Assembly (NCBI GenBank): GCA_951406725.2
Contig: OX597819.1
Location: 55,242,001 to 55,306,000 of the forward strand
Source of the DNA: Octopus vulgaris
Lineage: Eukaryota
DNA length: 64,000 bases
Direction of reading: 5' to 3'
Positions 50,331 through 62,945 of this stretch are shown here, piece after piece (within the stretch, counting starts at the first letter, position 1; each line of letters begins with the position of its first letter). The translations under genes were made by a program, and so were the position numbers. A model generated the notes under the pieces. It did not search any database, was not told the DNA's origin, and saw only the letters and a program-made list of their open reading frames with translations.

Positions 50331-51247
50331 TAGAGAGAGAGAGTAAAGTAGATAAACACCAGTAGGCTTGAGGTATATTTATATGGAGCATGGAAAAATA
50401 TAGATTACTGAATAAATAAAAAAAAAGATAACAAAAGAACAGAAGAATTATGTAAAGTCTTATCTCAACAGCTGTTTCAAGACAGCTATGTATATAACAG
50501 TATTCATATGGAGTGTGTGTGTGTGTGTGTTTATGTATGTATCTGTGTATACTTTTGTGTCTGTGTTTGCCTGCCCCCACTGCTTGACAACCAGTGCAGG
50601 TTTGCTTATGTCCCTGTAACTTAGCAGCCGGACAAAAAAAGACTGACAGAATAAATAGAAGATTTTTAAAAGTAAAATAAATACTGGGGTTAATCTATTC
50701 AATTAAAACACTTCAAAATAATGCTCCAGCATGGTTGCAGTCGAATGACAGAAAGAAGTAGAAAATAGCAATAAAAGACGGGTGTACACACACACACACA
50801 CACATATGTATTTTCTAATCAATTAATTAATTATAAATTATCTCTACAAATAAGCTATCCACAAATATGGTCTTATTTCCATCAGAAGGCAGTAAAACTG
50901 TTATTTGATTCTTGCAGATAATTACTATATAGTCTAGAGGATGGTTTCCTTTTTTTCTTCATTTTTTGTTTTGCCTTGCCAATTCCAGTACTGACTCAAA
51001 TCCTTCTTCTTCACCATGCCAATCCCAGCAATCCCCTTTTCTAAATTCTAACTACTATCTTACTCAGTTTCCAGCATTTTCACCTCCCAGTTCCTTGCAA
51101 TCATCCATCTAAATATAACATCAGCACAACCTCACTCTCGTAGGGACCCCTACTCTTCAACCTACCAGTCTTTCACTCTATATCTGCAGCAATCTATCTA
51201 TTGATATAAGTATATATAGCGAGAGAGAGAGAGAGACAGAAACAGAA

Positions 51248-51290
<43 letters not shown>

Positions 51291-51309
51291 GGGAGGGTAG
51301 GAATGAGAT

Positions 51310-51705
51310 ATCTTTTATCTTTTACTTGTTTCAGTCACTGGACTGCAGCCATGCCGGGGAAGGGGGGGCACTGTCTTAAAGGGTTTAGTTGAACAAATCA
51401 ACCTCAGTACACATTTTTTGTATTTTTAAATCTGGTACTTATTCTATTATTCCTCTGTGAAACTGCTAACTTATGGGGATGTAAACAAACCAATACTGGT
51501 TATCAAGTAGTGGTGAAGACAAATACACACACACATACAACAGTCTTCCTGACAGTTTCTGTCTACCAAATTCACTCACAAGACACAGTTTGGCTTGGAT
51601 CTGTAATAGAAGACACTTACCCAAGGTGCTGTGCAATGAGACTGAACCCGAGACCACATGGTTGCAAAACAAGCCTCTTAACCACACACCCATACCTGCA
51701 CCTAC
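51310..51705 (-). mobile_element. SINE family A
   Basis: Reverse complement of family A. An oppositely oriented 3' half lies at about 50510-50780. Confidence 0.8.
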
Positions 51706-52637
51706 ATACAGTCACTGCATACCCAAATCTCTTCTTCCTTTCTTTTTTTTTCCTTGGTTAGTATTCTTCTAATTTGACAAGCATCCCTGTTAACTTTTGT
51801 CGTTCAAAATAACCTATTCACTCTTCAGAATCTCACCAATTATTAAAGAATCTTTCACAATCTCAAATTACTTTAGCAGAAATAACATCAGTATTTTTAC
51901 CAATGCCAGTTGTTTTTACTGTTGAAGAATTTTGCAGTTATTAATGGCATTATTTCTGCTGACATTTTCACTGTTCTAAGCATGTCAATCCTCAGGCTAT
52001 ATTCACTCTCATGGTTCAGAGAATGATCAAACATTTGATAATGAAATCTATGGAGCTGAAAGTTATATTTACCATGGTAACTATTTGCTCAGTCTTCTGT
52101 GAATAAATCAGAATATCTCATAGGCGATATTGCAACGAGATCAAATTAACCAAAACTGATAGGTTCCAGTGAAATTAGAAATAAGGAAAACTAAAAAGAA
52201 AGTAGCAAAATTAATGCTATTTAAAGAAATTTTTGAATCTAGAATCAAGATTAGCAAATTTAATCTAAATTGAGATCCACTATTAGAAAACACACACACA
52301 CACACGCACACATATATATATATATATAAAACATAACCTGTACATGTTGTTGATGTCCTTGTTGTTGTTATTGCTTAGCTGTGTCCTAATTGTGATTATA
52401 AGACAGTAAGGATATAAGTTGAATGATGTTTGATTGTTGTTTCTAGCTGATTGGATGACCATGTAAAGGCAGGCACCCTCATTGGCTTGATAGAAAAATA
52501 TTGGGTCATCCCATAAATAATGCAGTTAATTCAATTGCATGAACTAAAAGCAGGTAGTAATTTTACCGTGTGCTTATTCTTGGTGCAAATTTTGAAGAGT
52601 GCAGTTCGATTTTAACAGTTGTTCTTTCAAAGCTATA

Positions 52638-54007
52638 ATGGAAGTGACAAAGGAGCATATTCAGCAAATTTTACTTTATGAGTTCAATAAAGACAACAAT
52701 GCAATAGAAAATGCAGGGAATATTAATGCAGTATATGGGGATCAGACAATAAGCATAAGCCAGTGTCAATGATGGTTCCAGAAATTCTGAGCTGGAAACT
52801 ACAGCCTAGAAGACGAGACTCATTCTGGAAGAACTGTAGAGCTCGATAAGTATGTCCTACAAATCCAGGTAGAACAAAATCCCATTGTAACTGTTGAAGA
52901 ACTAGCAGAGAAGCTTAGATTTGGTCATTCAACTGTTCATTGACACCTGCATGCCATCGGAAAAGTCAGTAAATTGGGTCAGTGGGTTCCTCACAAACTT
53001 TCCGAGTGTAATCGCACACAGAGATGAATGTGTGCTCTTCTTTGCTGTCAAGTCTCATGAATGAACCTTTTTTGGACTGAATAGTGACTGGTAATGAGAA
53101 ATGGGTCCTCTATAAAAATATCAAGTGCTGAAGACAGTGGGTAGGGAAAGGAGAAACACGGGCATGCCAGGCTAAAGAAGGTCTCCACCCATGTAAGGTG
53201 TTGTTATCTGTTTGTTGGGATATGAAAGGTTTAGTCCACTTAGAACTTCCAAACTGAAACCAAATGATAACAAAGGAGAGCTACTGCAGGCAGCTTGAAA
53301 AGCTTAAGTCAGTGCTAGAAAAAAAATTACCATCTTTGGTTTCAAGACAAAAGGTGTTCTTCCATCAGGATATCTCTCAGCCACATACAGTGAGAATGAC
53401 ATTCCAAAGGCTGGAACAGTTTGAATGGGAAACAATACCCCACACACCATATTTTCCGGACATTGCTTCTTTCAAAGGTTGGGCCTCACGAAGGCAATGA
53501 CCAAGACCTTTGGCATTATGTCATGCTTGAGAGGAAGACCCATCAAGCTGAGCAAACTCACAGTCATGGCAGATACTGGAGTCACATAAATTGGCACCTA
53601 AATGCATCCCGGTGTCATGCAAATGGCACTCGTGCCGGTGGCACACAAAAGCATTCATTACACTCTCTGAGTGGTTGGTGTTAGGAAGGGCATCCAACCA
53701 TAGAAAACCATACCAAATCAGACTGGAGTCTGGTGCAGCCCGCCAGCGTACCAGCCAAGTCAAACCATCCAACCCATGCCAGCATGGACAATGGATGTTT
53801 GTTGTTGATGGTGATGATGATGATTCATTTCTCAGTCTTCAAAATCATTTGGACAGAAAAAATATGAACTCTGTAGACAAGGTCAGAACTGTAGTGGAGG
53901 AGTATTTTTCATCACGGACAAGTGAATTTTGGAAGAGAGGCCTTGCAAGTCTACCAGATAGATGGAAGAACATTGTAGAAAATGAAGGAGAGTATATTTT
54001 AGATTAA
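52638..54007 (+). pseudogene. Mariner transposase pseudogene (stops, frameshifts, nested insertion)
   Basis: MEVTKEHIQQILLYEFNK..WFQKF..G..SLED..SGR, WVPHKL, IVTGNEKW, FHQDISQPH, HTPYFPDIA, then FLSLQNHL..FWKRGLASLPDRWKNIVENEGEYILD*. Confidence 0.95.
53471..53824 (+). mobile_element. 5'-truncated RTE LINE nested in the mariner
   Basis: First ~80 bp align with the ORF2 end at about 11225-11310 (minus strand), then continue into the abundant (GAT)n-tailed repeat. Confidence 0.9.
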
Positions 54008-54189
54008 AAAAGAATTTTGTTTATCTAAATTTTAAAAAATGAAAGAAATATTTAAAAAACTGCATTATTTCTGGGATGACCCAATATATAACTATGTCGG
54101 TGTAATTAGCACAAACAAACAATCATCAGCCCATTGATAAATGAGCACACAATTACATACTCAATAAGATACACTGAACAGACATGGTT

Positions 54190-54400
54190 CATATCATGAC
54201 ATGTGGTTTCAATTCCCAGATCAGGCAGTGCATTGTGTTCTTGAGCAAAACACTTCATTTCCACATTGATTTCAGTTAATTCAGCTATAAAATGAGTGAC
54301 CCTGTGTTGGACTGATATCCTGTTCAGAGGGGCTGTTGTGATCTCAATCACTCATACACAATAGAGGCTGGGTAACTAGCCCTATGAGACCTAGGACACA
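54190..54400 (+). mobile_element. SINE family C fragment
   Basis: gtggtttcaattccc..ttgtgttcttgagcaaaacacttcattt..ggactgatatcc..ccctatgag. Confidence 0.7.
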
Positions 54401-54539
54401 AGACAATAATGTCCAAGAGACTTATTAGTAGGTATGTCTACCTGCCCTATACACCCAAGGTGCTGTGAAATACTTTCTTCTGGATCATCACCATCATCAT
54501 CATCCTTATCATTGCCGCTGCCACCACCACCACCACCAT

Positions 54540-54790
54540 CATCATCATCATTATTTAATGTCCATTTTCCATGGTGGAATGCACTGGAGTGTTTGGCAGA
54601 AGCTAGCAAGGCCAGGAGCTGCACCAGGTCCCATAGTCTATTTTGGCTTGGTTTCTACAGCTGGATGCTCTTCCTAATGCCAACCACTTTGCAGAGTGCA
54701 CTGGGTGCTTTCTGTATGGCACCAGCACCAATGCTTTTTATGTGGAACCAGCACCAGTACTTTTCGTATGGCACCAGCACTACACTGACA
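54540..54790 (-). mobile_element. RTE 3'-end fragment, diverged
   Basis: tttaatgtccattttccatg..tacagctggatgctcttcctaatgccaacc, followed by three short tgg.accagcac modules. Confidence 0.75.
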
Positions 54791-56034
54791 AAACCACAGT
54801 GGGAGAGTGGCAAGGAAGGAGGGAACAATATAGCATCTCAATAGAAACTGTCTAGATTGGTGTAATGAACAGAAATACATTATCTTTCTGGACAGATTTA
54901 AACATAACAAACATACACAGTTTATTTATTTATAATTTTAGTTGATTTCAGTTTTTGCGTATTCATAAGCGCCCCCAATCATTCATAAGTACACAGACTG
55001 CACACTCTACCTCCAGGCCCTCAATAAAGAAGAATTAGCACCAATAAGACAATACTTGTGTTATTCACTTATCAATGTCACTGCCCTCTTTATTAAAGTG
55101 CAAACACTGTGTCTATTGGAGATGTTACTAACACTAACACTGTGTGTGTGTGTGTGTGTGTGCGCGTATGTGTGTGTGTGTGTGCGTATGTGTGTGTGTG
55201 TGAGCGTGCAAGTAGCTGCATGCTGTGTTGTATGTGTGGCATACGTGCTGTGTCATGTGTGCATGCAAATGGAATGTATAATGTTTAATGTGTGTGGCCA
55301 ATATACATGTATGTATGTGATGATGCCTGTGTGTGTGTGAGAAAGCTGATGTGTGTGTGTGTATGGTCATTATATATGCACATATGTGTGGATGTGTGAG
55401 AGAAGAAGTGAGACAGAGAGATTAGAGTATATAATGTGTGTACGATCCTTCAACACATGTGTGAATGAAGTGTAACTTGTGTGCATGTGTGTGTGTGGTT
55501 GTTACACACATATGTTACTAAGAACATGGATCAATGTATATGGTTGTTATAATAACAAACTGGAATTGTATTTAACTTTAACTGGTGTGTTCATATTTAG
55601 CTTCATAAAAAAAGGAAGAGTACATAGCATAGCAAAATATAGATTTATAACACAGACACACACATACACACAGACACACACACACACAGAGACACACACA
55701 TACACAGATTAAAGGTGGATGGCTCCAGCATGACCTTAGCCATGATGGCTAAAACAAACCAAAGTACATATATCAAGGCCTTTCATTTTCTGTTAAACAT
55801 TTACTAAAACTATAAGAAATAATAAATGGTAAACACATTACAGTCATCCGTTTCCAGTCTCCTCAGACACAACATTCTTACTTAGCTATTTCCTTCCTCC
55901 ATTCCAACTATGGTTCCTGTATAACAAGCACATGGATTTTCCTCAATTTTTATCCTCTTCTCTACCCCGAGAAAAGTCCTGAGACCCAAACAGTGAAAAT
56001 TTTCCTTTTTCTTCACAGCCATTATTTATACATA

Positions 56035-56230
56035 ACAAGGCAGCAAGCTGACAATTGTTACTGTACTGGGGAAAATATTTAGTAACATTTCCTCCGGCTC
56101 TTTACATTCTGAGTTCAAATGCTGCCAACTTCTACTTTGTGCTTCGAATACCTGTTGAGCACTGAGGTCAAAGTAATCAACTTCCCCTCCTCTCAAAATT
56201 GCTGGCATCATACCAAAATTAAAAAGAATT
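56035..56230 (+). mobile_element. SINE family B, diverged
   Basis: aaggcagcaagctgac..ttctgagttcaaat..cctgttgagcactgaggtca. Confidence 0.65.
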
Positions 56231-56293
56231 ATTTTTGCATCACATATATCATTATTTTATAAAACACATATCCTTAATTAGTACTACATATTG

Positions 56294-56542
56294 TGAAGGT
56301 AATGTGGCTTAGTGGATAGAGGTGTTGAACTCGTGATCATAAGATTGTGGTTTCAATTTCTTGGCTGAGTGATGTGGTATGTTCTTGAGCAAAGCACTTC
56401 ATTTCACATTGCCCCAGTTCACTCAGCTGGCAAAAGAGAGTAATTCTGTGATGGACTGGCATCCCATCCAGGGGGTGAATATATACACCACGGAAATCAA
56501 GAAACTAGCCTAATGTATCTATATGACTCAGGTAGGATCATT
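56294..56542 (+). mobile_element. SINE family C with 17-bp TSD
   Basis: attagtactacatattg (56277-56293) and attagtgctacatattg (56543-56559). Confidence 0.85.
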
Positions 56543-57079
56543 ATTAGTGCTACATATTGATATAGTAGAAGTAATTAGTTAACGAGTTCTATCTACCATA
56601 ACTAAGAAAGAAACAAAAATATGTGCAAGATTGAGGCCAAAGGTAAAGGAGAGCAACTATTCAATACGGATGCCCCAATATTTCATGGCCTGTGAACTGG
56701 CACATATTAATACCATGTGTATCTTGGTTTTAGAATAGATACAGTGCATTTCTAGGTTGTAAAAGGTAACAAAAGGAGTTGATGACAGGAAAGAGATCTG
56801 GATATAAAACACTGCATCAGAAAGTCCATCCAATCCATTCATGCCAGTATGGAAAAGTGGATGTAAAACAATGAAGCTGACATTTATTATGAAGTTTTTA
56901 AAAAAAGAATAAATATGAGTTGGATTGACGTATGTATGTATGTATGTGTGTGAGTGTGTGTGTGTGTGTAGACAGATAGCAACACATGTATATAAGGGCC
57001 ATACACACATTCATGTGTATGATATTGATATACACATACATCATACATACCATTCATATCCATTCACATACACACAGCA

Positions 57080-57113
57080 TAGACAGACAGACAGATGGAC
57101 AGACGGATAGATG

Positions 57114-57195
<82 letters not shown>
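57080..57195. repeat. (GATA)n/(GACA)n tetranucleotide microsatellite
   Basis: Direct inspection. Confidence 0.95.
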
Positions 57196-57674
57196 AATTC
57201 AGGCAGAGCAAGAAAGAAAACATGAGTAAGAGAGAATGAGGGGAGGGCGGAGAAAGAGATCATCAAAGGTTTTCACATGTTAAAAGGTCTTTTAGGAAAC
57301 TGATAGTGTTAAGGAAAAAGATCTGCCAGTTCCAAAGTTTCTTAGCCTTCCAAATTACAAAATAAAGAGAATTCTTGAATATCCTTACAGAGTATACATT
57401 CCACTTCAAAATTTCTAATTTTGGTTACGGGTAAGTAGAATCCTTTTAAAAGTACCATCTAAGTATTCTTCATTATCCAATAGCATACACATGAGAATAT
57501 TCCCTTTCCCAGTAGTTGAGTTATATGAACCAGCAGGGTATCTACTCTGTGGTTGCCCAATTTGCTTGAAATAAGAGCTAGGTTCTCCTCAAATCACACT
57601 GTACTGATTTAGAAAAAGCCACATTAGATAAAGAAGACCTGGATGTGCCTGTATATAAGAAAAAAAGACTAGAA

Positions 57675-58024
57675 GAGGAGTTCTCAACCATTTTTTGTCT
57701 ATGGACACCTTCGATTACTATTTTATTCCGGAGGACTCTCATAGCCATTTGATATTTAAAAATTAGTTTTATAGAAACTTCTTTCAAAATTCTTATTTTG
57801 TTTGTCACACATTAACCTTTGTAGGTTAAACTATGTAAAATGTTAGAGGAAAAAACCCAGCTGTTTCTTGTAATACATACCAATAAATGCATTGAAGGCA
57901 AAATTTTTTCAGGGGTCCTTAAAATACTATTGTGGGTCCCCAATTTACTATTTTGTTGTGTGCCCCCCCCCCCAATCTTATTCAGACCTTCAGGGGCCTC
58001 ATTGACCCCAGTTGAGAGCCATTG
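57675..58024. mobile_element. Degenerate hAT (Charlie-like) MITE
   Basis: TIR remnants gaggagttctcaac and gttgagagccattg, with subterminal ggac/ggggtcc motifs. TSD is not convincing. Confidence 0.6.
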
Positions 58025-58734
58025 GGTAATAAGGTCAAGGTTGGAAAGCCTGTGATTATGGCTCTGTTTAATCTAGGCTCAGCTGGAGCTAAACAATAAC
58101 AGCAGCAAAAGAACAACAACAGCAGCAACAACGACAACAATAACAGCTGTAACAACAATAGCAACAGCAGTATCAACAACAGCAACAACAGTAGCACCAT
58201 CACCACCACCACCGCCACTACCACCAAAACCACCACCACCACCATCGCCAAAAACAACAGACCAACAGCAGCAACAACAACAACTACTACTACTACTACT
58301 ACTACTACATTCCTAAGTAACATCTACAAAATATAAAATTCATAAAACACAAGAATAATTTCACTGATGCTCCATAGATATCTAAGCAAAAAAAACACAA
58401 GATCCTAAACCTTTTAGACTTGGTAGTCTTGATCTTTTCATTGCGTAATTATTTTTAGGAATGAAATATTTAAGGAACACCTTCCAGGATGTATATATAA
58501 ATATGTTGGATAGGAAGAATACAGGTTTTATATATCAGTTGAAAGGAATGAATGAAACCTGGTGGGTTGGAGTAATAATTGAATAAGTACCAGATGTGAA
58601 TTTCCAAAAATTTAATATAAAATGCCTCAAAACCATATAAATTTTATTAGAGAGAATGTATGTATACACGCCCCAACCCCACCTCCTACACACCTATGTA
58701 TGTATGTATGCATGCATATATGTGTGTATATAGA

Positions 58735-58790
<56 letters not shown>

Positions 58791-58852
58791 ACACATGTGC
58801 ATATATGTGTGCATGTGTATATGTGTTTGTGTTTATGTATGTGAGTCTCTCA

Positions 58853-58899
<47 letters not shown>

Positions 58900-59589
58900 C
58901 ATACATATATATATACACGCACACACACACACATATATATATACACATAGATGATGATGATGATGATATACATTTTATTTAGTTGAGTTTGAGACTGCAT
59001 GAGTCACATTATTTTGAAGTTCCTTGTTTGATTTTTTTTTTGGTATTGTAGTTTTTGAAGCATAAATAGGTATGATCAGGGAGGGCAGTGAAAACAACTT
59101 TAGTGGAAATAACAGGTTACACAGGTGGAGAAATGGTAATGTGTGAAAAAAATATATATATAAAAAAATAAAAAAGAATGAGATTTTAGAATCTTCTAAG
59201 AATTTCTACAGAAATCTAAAGAGTGACATATTGCAAAAGACAGATCTTATAAAAATATTGGATTCAAGCTTTGGTGAACTATGAATGAAGACTTGGTATT
59301 GGGATTGAACTTTTGAAAAATGAATTTCAGAAAGAAAATTTTAATAAAAAAAGCATTTATCTTAATTAGTTAATGGGTAGTTTTAGAAAGAACACTAGGA
59401 GTCATTGAAATCAGGGTTTCACCACCCACCCTCCTCCTGCCACATCTTTATCATCTTTTCTTGTTCTTTCTCTGTCTCTCTCTCTCACACACACATATGC
59501 CACCTGAGATGGCCATGTTTCCCCTCTATTGCAAAACTCCTTTTCCTATCCCTCAATACTGCACCCCCAATCAGTTAAGGGAGCTTTGT

Positions 59590-59792
59590 CTTGCAAGTCA
59601 TTTGATGACCAAACTGCTGATGCTAGTAACACATAGAAAAGCGCCCAGTAAATTCTGTAAAGTGGTTGGCATTAGGAAGGGCATCCATCCAGCTGTGGAA
59701 ATTATGCCAAAGCAGACAGCAGGGCCATTTCATGTCAAACCATCCAACTCATACCAGCATGGAAAACAGACGTATGATGATGATGATGATGA
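59590..59792 (+). mobile_element. RTE 3'-end fragment, diverged
   Basis: gtggttggcattaggaagggcatcc..ccatccaactcataccagcatggaaaa..(gat)n. Confidence 0.75.
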
Positions 59793-60273
59793 TTGACAAA
59801 CACAAATGTGAAGATATATGGCCTAGTGGTTGGGAGGTTGGGCTCATGATCATAAAGTCACAGACTTGATTCCTGAACCACATGGCACTGTGTGCCCTTG
59901 AACAAAGCACATTATCTTGTTATTCCAGTCTATTCTAGACAATTGTTAATATTGCCCCCTCTCTCAACTTCTGGGATGTTCAGTTGCATTATGAGTGGGA
60001 AAACTGAGAGCCCTTCAATGTCTGATCCTAGAAATACGGGAACCTAAACCAATTAGTAAAATCATAGAATATGCTAACAAGTTATCCTTGATTTCAAGTG
60101 ACAGCCACAGTTGTTTTTTTGATACATGCATGCACATTACACACACACACATACACACACACGTGTACATAACATTAATGCCAGTGCAATATGAGTATAA
60201 TTGCATAACATATTACACAAAACAGATGTAAATATAATTACCTATTTAACCTACATATATATCTGTATCTATA

Positions 60274-60336
<63 letters not shown>

Positions 60337-60426
60337 CCCACATACTCATACATACACACATACCAATACACACCCACACAGAACTAATCATACTGTCATG
60401 GATATACAAACACACACACACACGTG

Positions 60427-60457
<31 letters not shown>

Positions 60458-61062
60458 ACACATTCATTTATGTCTGTAGAACTCATGTTGCTATAGCAGA
60501 TATTTATGTCACGGGAGAAAAAGAACTCAGTTTAAATAAACAATATTTACACCATATATTGATTACTCCCATCCTCTGTTGTGTATAAACTGTAACATTT
60601 GAATTTATGTGCATTTGTGCACGCACGCACACACCCACCCACACACGCACATCCATAAATGTCTGTACATGTGTAAGGGGGGTGTCATCCGCCAAATCCC
60701 TCGTCCTCTTTCTCTCTGTGTAACATCATCACCTCAGTCTGTATTTCCATACTGACCAAGGTCATATGAGTGTGGAATTCAGCAACAGTCAGTTTGTCTT
60801 AATACAGAGTGTGTGTATATATATATTATATATACTGTGTGTACAATATTTATATTTACATTAGCTGACATGTATGATTTATATGTAGCTGACATATTAA
60901 AAAAAAAAAAAAAAAAAACAGGCAAAAAAGGGGACCCAACAGTCATATCTAATACAGCAGAGTCAATCTATGTACTTTATATCTTCAAAATCATTGCCCC
61001 AGTGTTCTATGTTCAAATCTTACCACAGCTGGTTTTCCTTCTCATTCTCTTTAGTTAACATA

Positions 61063-61908
61063 CTCCATCCATTCATTCTTGCTGCCCTTTGTTCCTGGGA
61101 GGTCCATGATGGTACATTCCTCAGCACCAGGGGTGTAGCTAGGGTGGGAAAAGCATGGCACATGCCATGGGTGCCACTTTGAGGGAGGGCACAATTTTGG
61201 CCAAGATTATTCATCTTTTCTCTGCAAGCTTCTACTTTTTGATTGGAGGTGGCACAATTTTGATGCTTGCCCTGGATGCCATTTACCCCAGCTATACCCC
61301 TGCTCAGCACTTCTTTCATAGGGTCCTATCTGGAGCAACCATTATTACAATTTCCTGCTGGATTCTCAAGCATGACCAAAAGAGACTATGGATATTATCC
61401 AACCATCGCATTCTTGATCTACATCTAGGTCTCTTGCTGGTTGGCTCAGCTTGAAGAAACCATCTTACGATCCTTTCCTACAACATTCTAACCATGTATC
61501 TGTAGTACCAGAGTTATTACTTCTCAATGTGGAGAAATAGTGGCTTGACCTGGAGAAACTCCCCTGTTCTTCAGGCTATGCACCCTGTCAAGTAATGTTA
61601 CTCCAAAGATTCTTCAGAGGAACCCCTTTTCAGCTGCTTGTATTAGAAACCTGCTCTTTGAATCATCATCAAATATTCATGACCATAAGTGAGGATAGGC
61701 ACACTAACCAAATTGAAAATAGCAAGTTTGGCTTTTTTTTACTAACTTCTCTTCTGAGAATCAAATGTTGAAGTTGACACCCACAATCCTAGCATCCAAT
61801 TCTGGCACCACAATAATGAAGCTGGAACATTACTGTGCCAGCATCCACAATTAGAGAGCATCCAATTCAGCCTCCTGCCTCCCATCACTTATGAATAGTA
61901 ATATACTT
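61063..61908 (-). mobile_element. Decayed RTE LINE (Expander/Rex3-like) ORF2 C-terminal region
   Basis: Minus strand, with frameshifts: LFISDGRQEAELDA..KAKLAIFNLVSVPILTYGHEY..QAAEKGFL*RIFGVTLLDRV..LHIEK..KRPRCRSRMRWLDNI. This parallels Rex3/Expander motifs (P.LTYGHE.W, IQAAEM.FLR, RPRGRPR.RW). Confidence 0.85.
61128..61302. mobile_element. 175-bp hAT MITE with perfect 8-bp TSD nested in the RTE
   Basis: TIRs caggggtgtagctaggg and ccccagctatacccctg; ctcagcac at 61120-61127 and 61303-61310. Confidence 0.92.
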
Positions 61909-62131
61909 AATCCCAATAATGTACTGTAATTGTTTGAATAGGGTCTCCAGTTTGTTGACGTAAACCCTCTCTTTCAGGTATCCCCACAAGTAAATTCGGG
62001 CTAGTAAATTCTGGGGAACGTGAAGGCCAGTTGACATTGGTGTAGTGGGAGATTATTCTCTCCCCAAAGCACTGCCATAGCAACTGCATTGTTTCTCTTG
62101 CAGTATGAGCAGTTGCCCCATCATGCTGGAA
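61909..62131 (-). pseudogene. Tc1/mariner DD41D (rosa/Visitor-type) transposase fragment
   Basis: FQHDGATAHTARETMQLLWQCFGERIISHYTNVNWPSRSPEFTSPN/LWGYLKERVY has 41 residues between the second D and the third catalytic position. Confidence 0.85.
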
Positions 62132-62149
62132 CTATGTTTGAGTTCTACT

Positions 62150-62492
62150 TTGAATGGCCTTCACATTCCTCAGATTTGACTAGCCCAGATTTTTTCATGT
62201 GGGGATACCTAAAAGAGACCCTGGTGCAACTGAAGGAGAACATCAATAGAGAAATCAGAGAAGTGGGGTCTGAAACTCTTGAGAGTGTTATGACACAGGT
62301 TTTGGAAAGACCATGACTGACATTTAAGCGATGTCATTTTTCATATGTGATGTACTAGTGTTGCAAAATTTGACTTATGCATATCAATTTCCATTATGTC
62401 CTTTATATTGTATCAAAATTTCATGCATTTATTTGTAAAGTTAATGGAGTTATTAAAAACTGAAACCCATCAGTGACTTTTGGTACACCCTG
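62150..62492 (+). mobile_element. DD41D transposon 3' fragment including the right TIR
   Basis: WPSHSSDLTSPDFFMWGYLKE..TLVQLKENINREIREV; ends ttttggtacaccctg|TA (a CAGGGTG-type TIR). Confidence 0.85.
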
Positions 62493-62499
62493 TATATAT

Positions 62500-62709
62500 C
62501 ACCATCATCATCATCATCATCATCATCATTTAATGTCCATCATGCATGCTGGCTAGCATGTGTTGGATGGTTTCACTGGAGCTGATAAGCTAGAGGTCTG
62601 CACCAAGCTACACTGTCTGATTTGGCATGATCTCTACAGCTGGAAGCCTTTCCTAATACTAACCTCATCACAGAGTGGACTGAATGCTTTTTACATGGCC
62701 CCAGCACAT

Positions 62710-62768
<59 letters not shown>

Positions 62769-62945
62769 TATATATATACCATGCATATTTCTTCACTTTC
62801 CATTTACCAAATCCACTCACAAGGCTTTGATAGGCGTTATGTGTTGCCATAATAGAAAACATTTGCCCAAGGTGCAGTGGAACTGAACCCAAATCGCATG
62901 GTTGGGAAGCAAAATTCTCACCTGCACAGCTATACCTGCACCTAA
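62500..62945 (-). mobile_element. RTE-type tail (62500-62708), (CA)n, and family A head (62790-62945) in one orientation
   Basis: Both parts align with copies elsewhere in the window. The order fits a head-microsatellite-RTE-tail chimera. Confidence 0.65.

Larger units (their letters stand above)
52501..54084 (+). mobile_element. Full-length decayed mariner (DD34D-type) transposon with 27-bp TIRs and TA TSD
   Basis: ttgggtcatcccataaataatgcagtt (52501-52527) matches the reverse complement of 54058-54084 at 26/27. TA at 52499-52500 and 54085-54086. Length is about 1230 bp after removing the nested insertion. Confidence 0.95.

Noticed and set aside
53591-54007. 138-aa ORF ending in mariner C-terminal sequence (possible domesticated fusion)
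   Set aside because: It is an accidental in-frame join of RTE 3' UTR and transposase tail, lacking the DNA-binding and catalytic domains.
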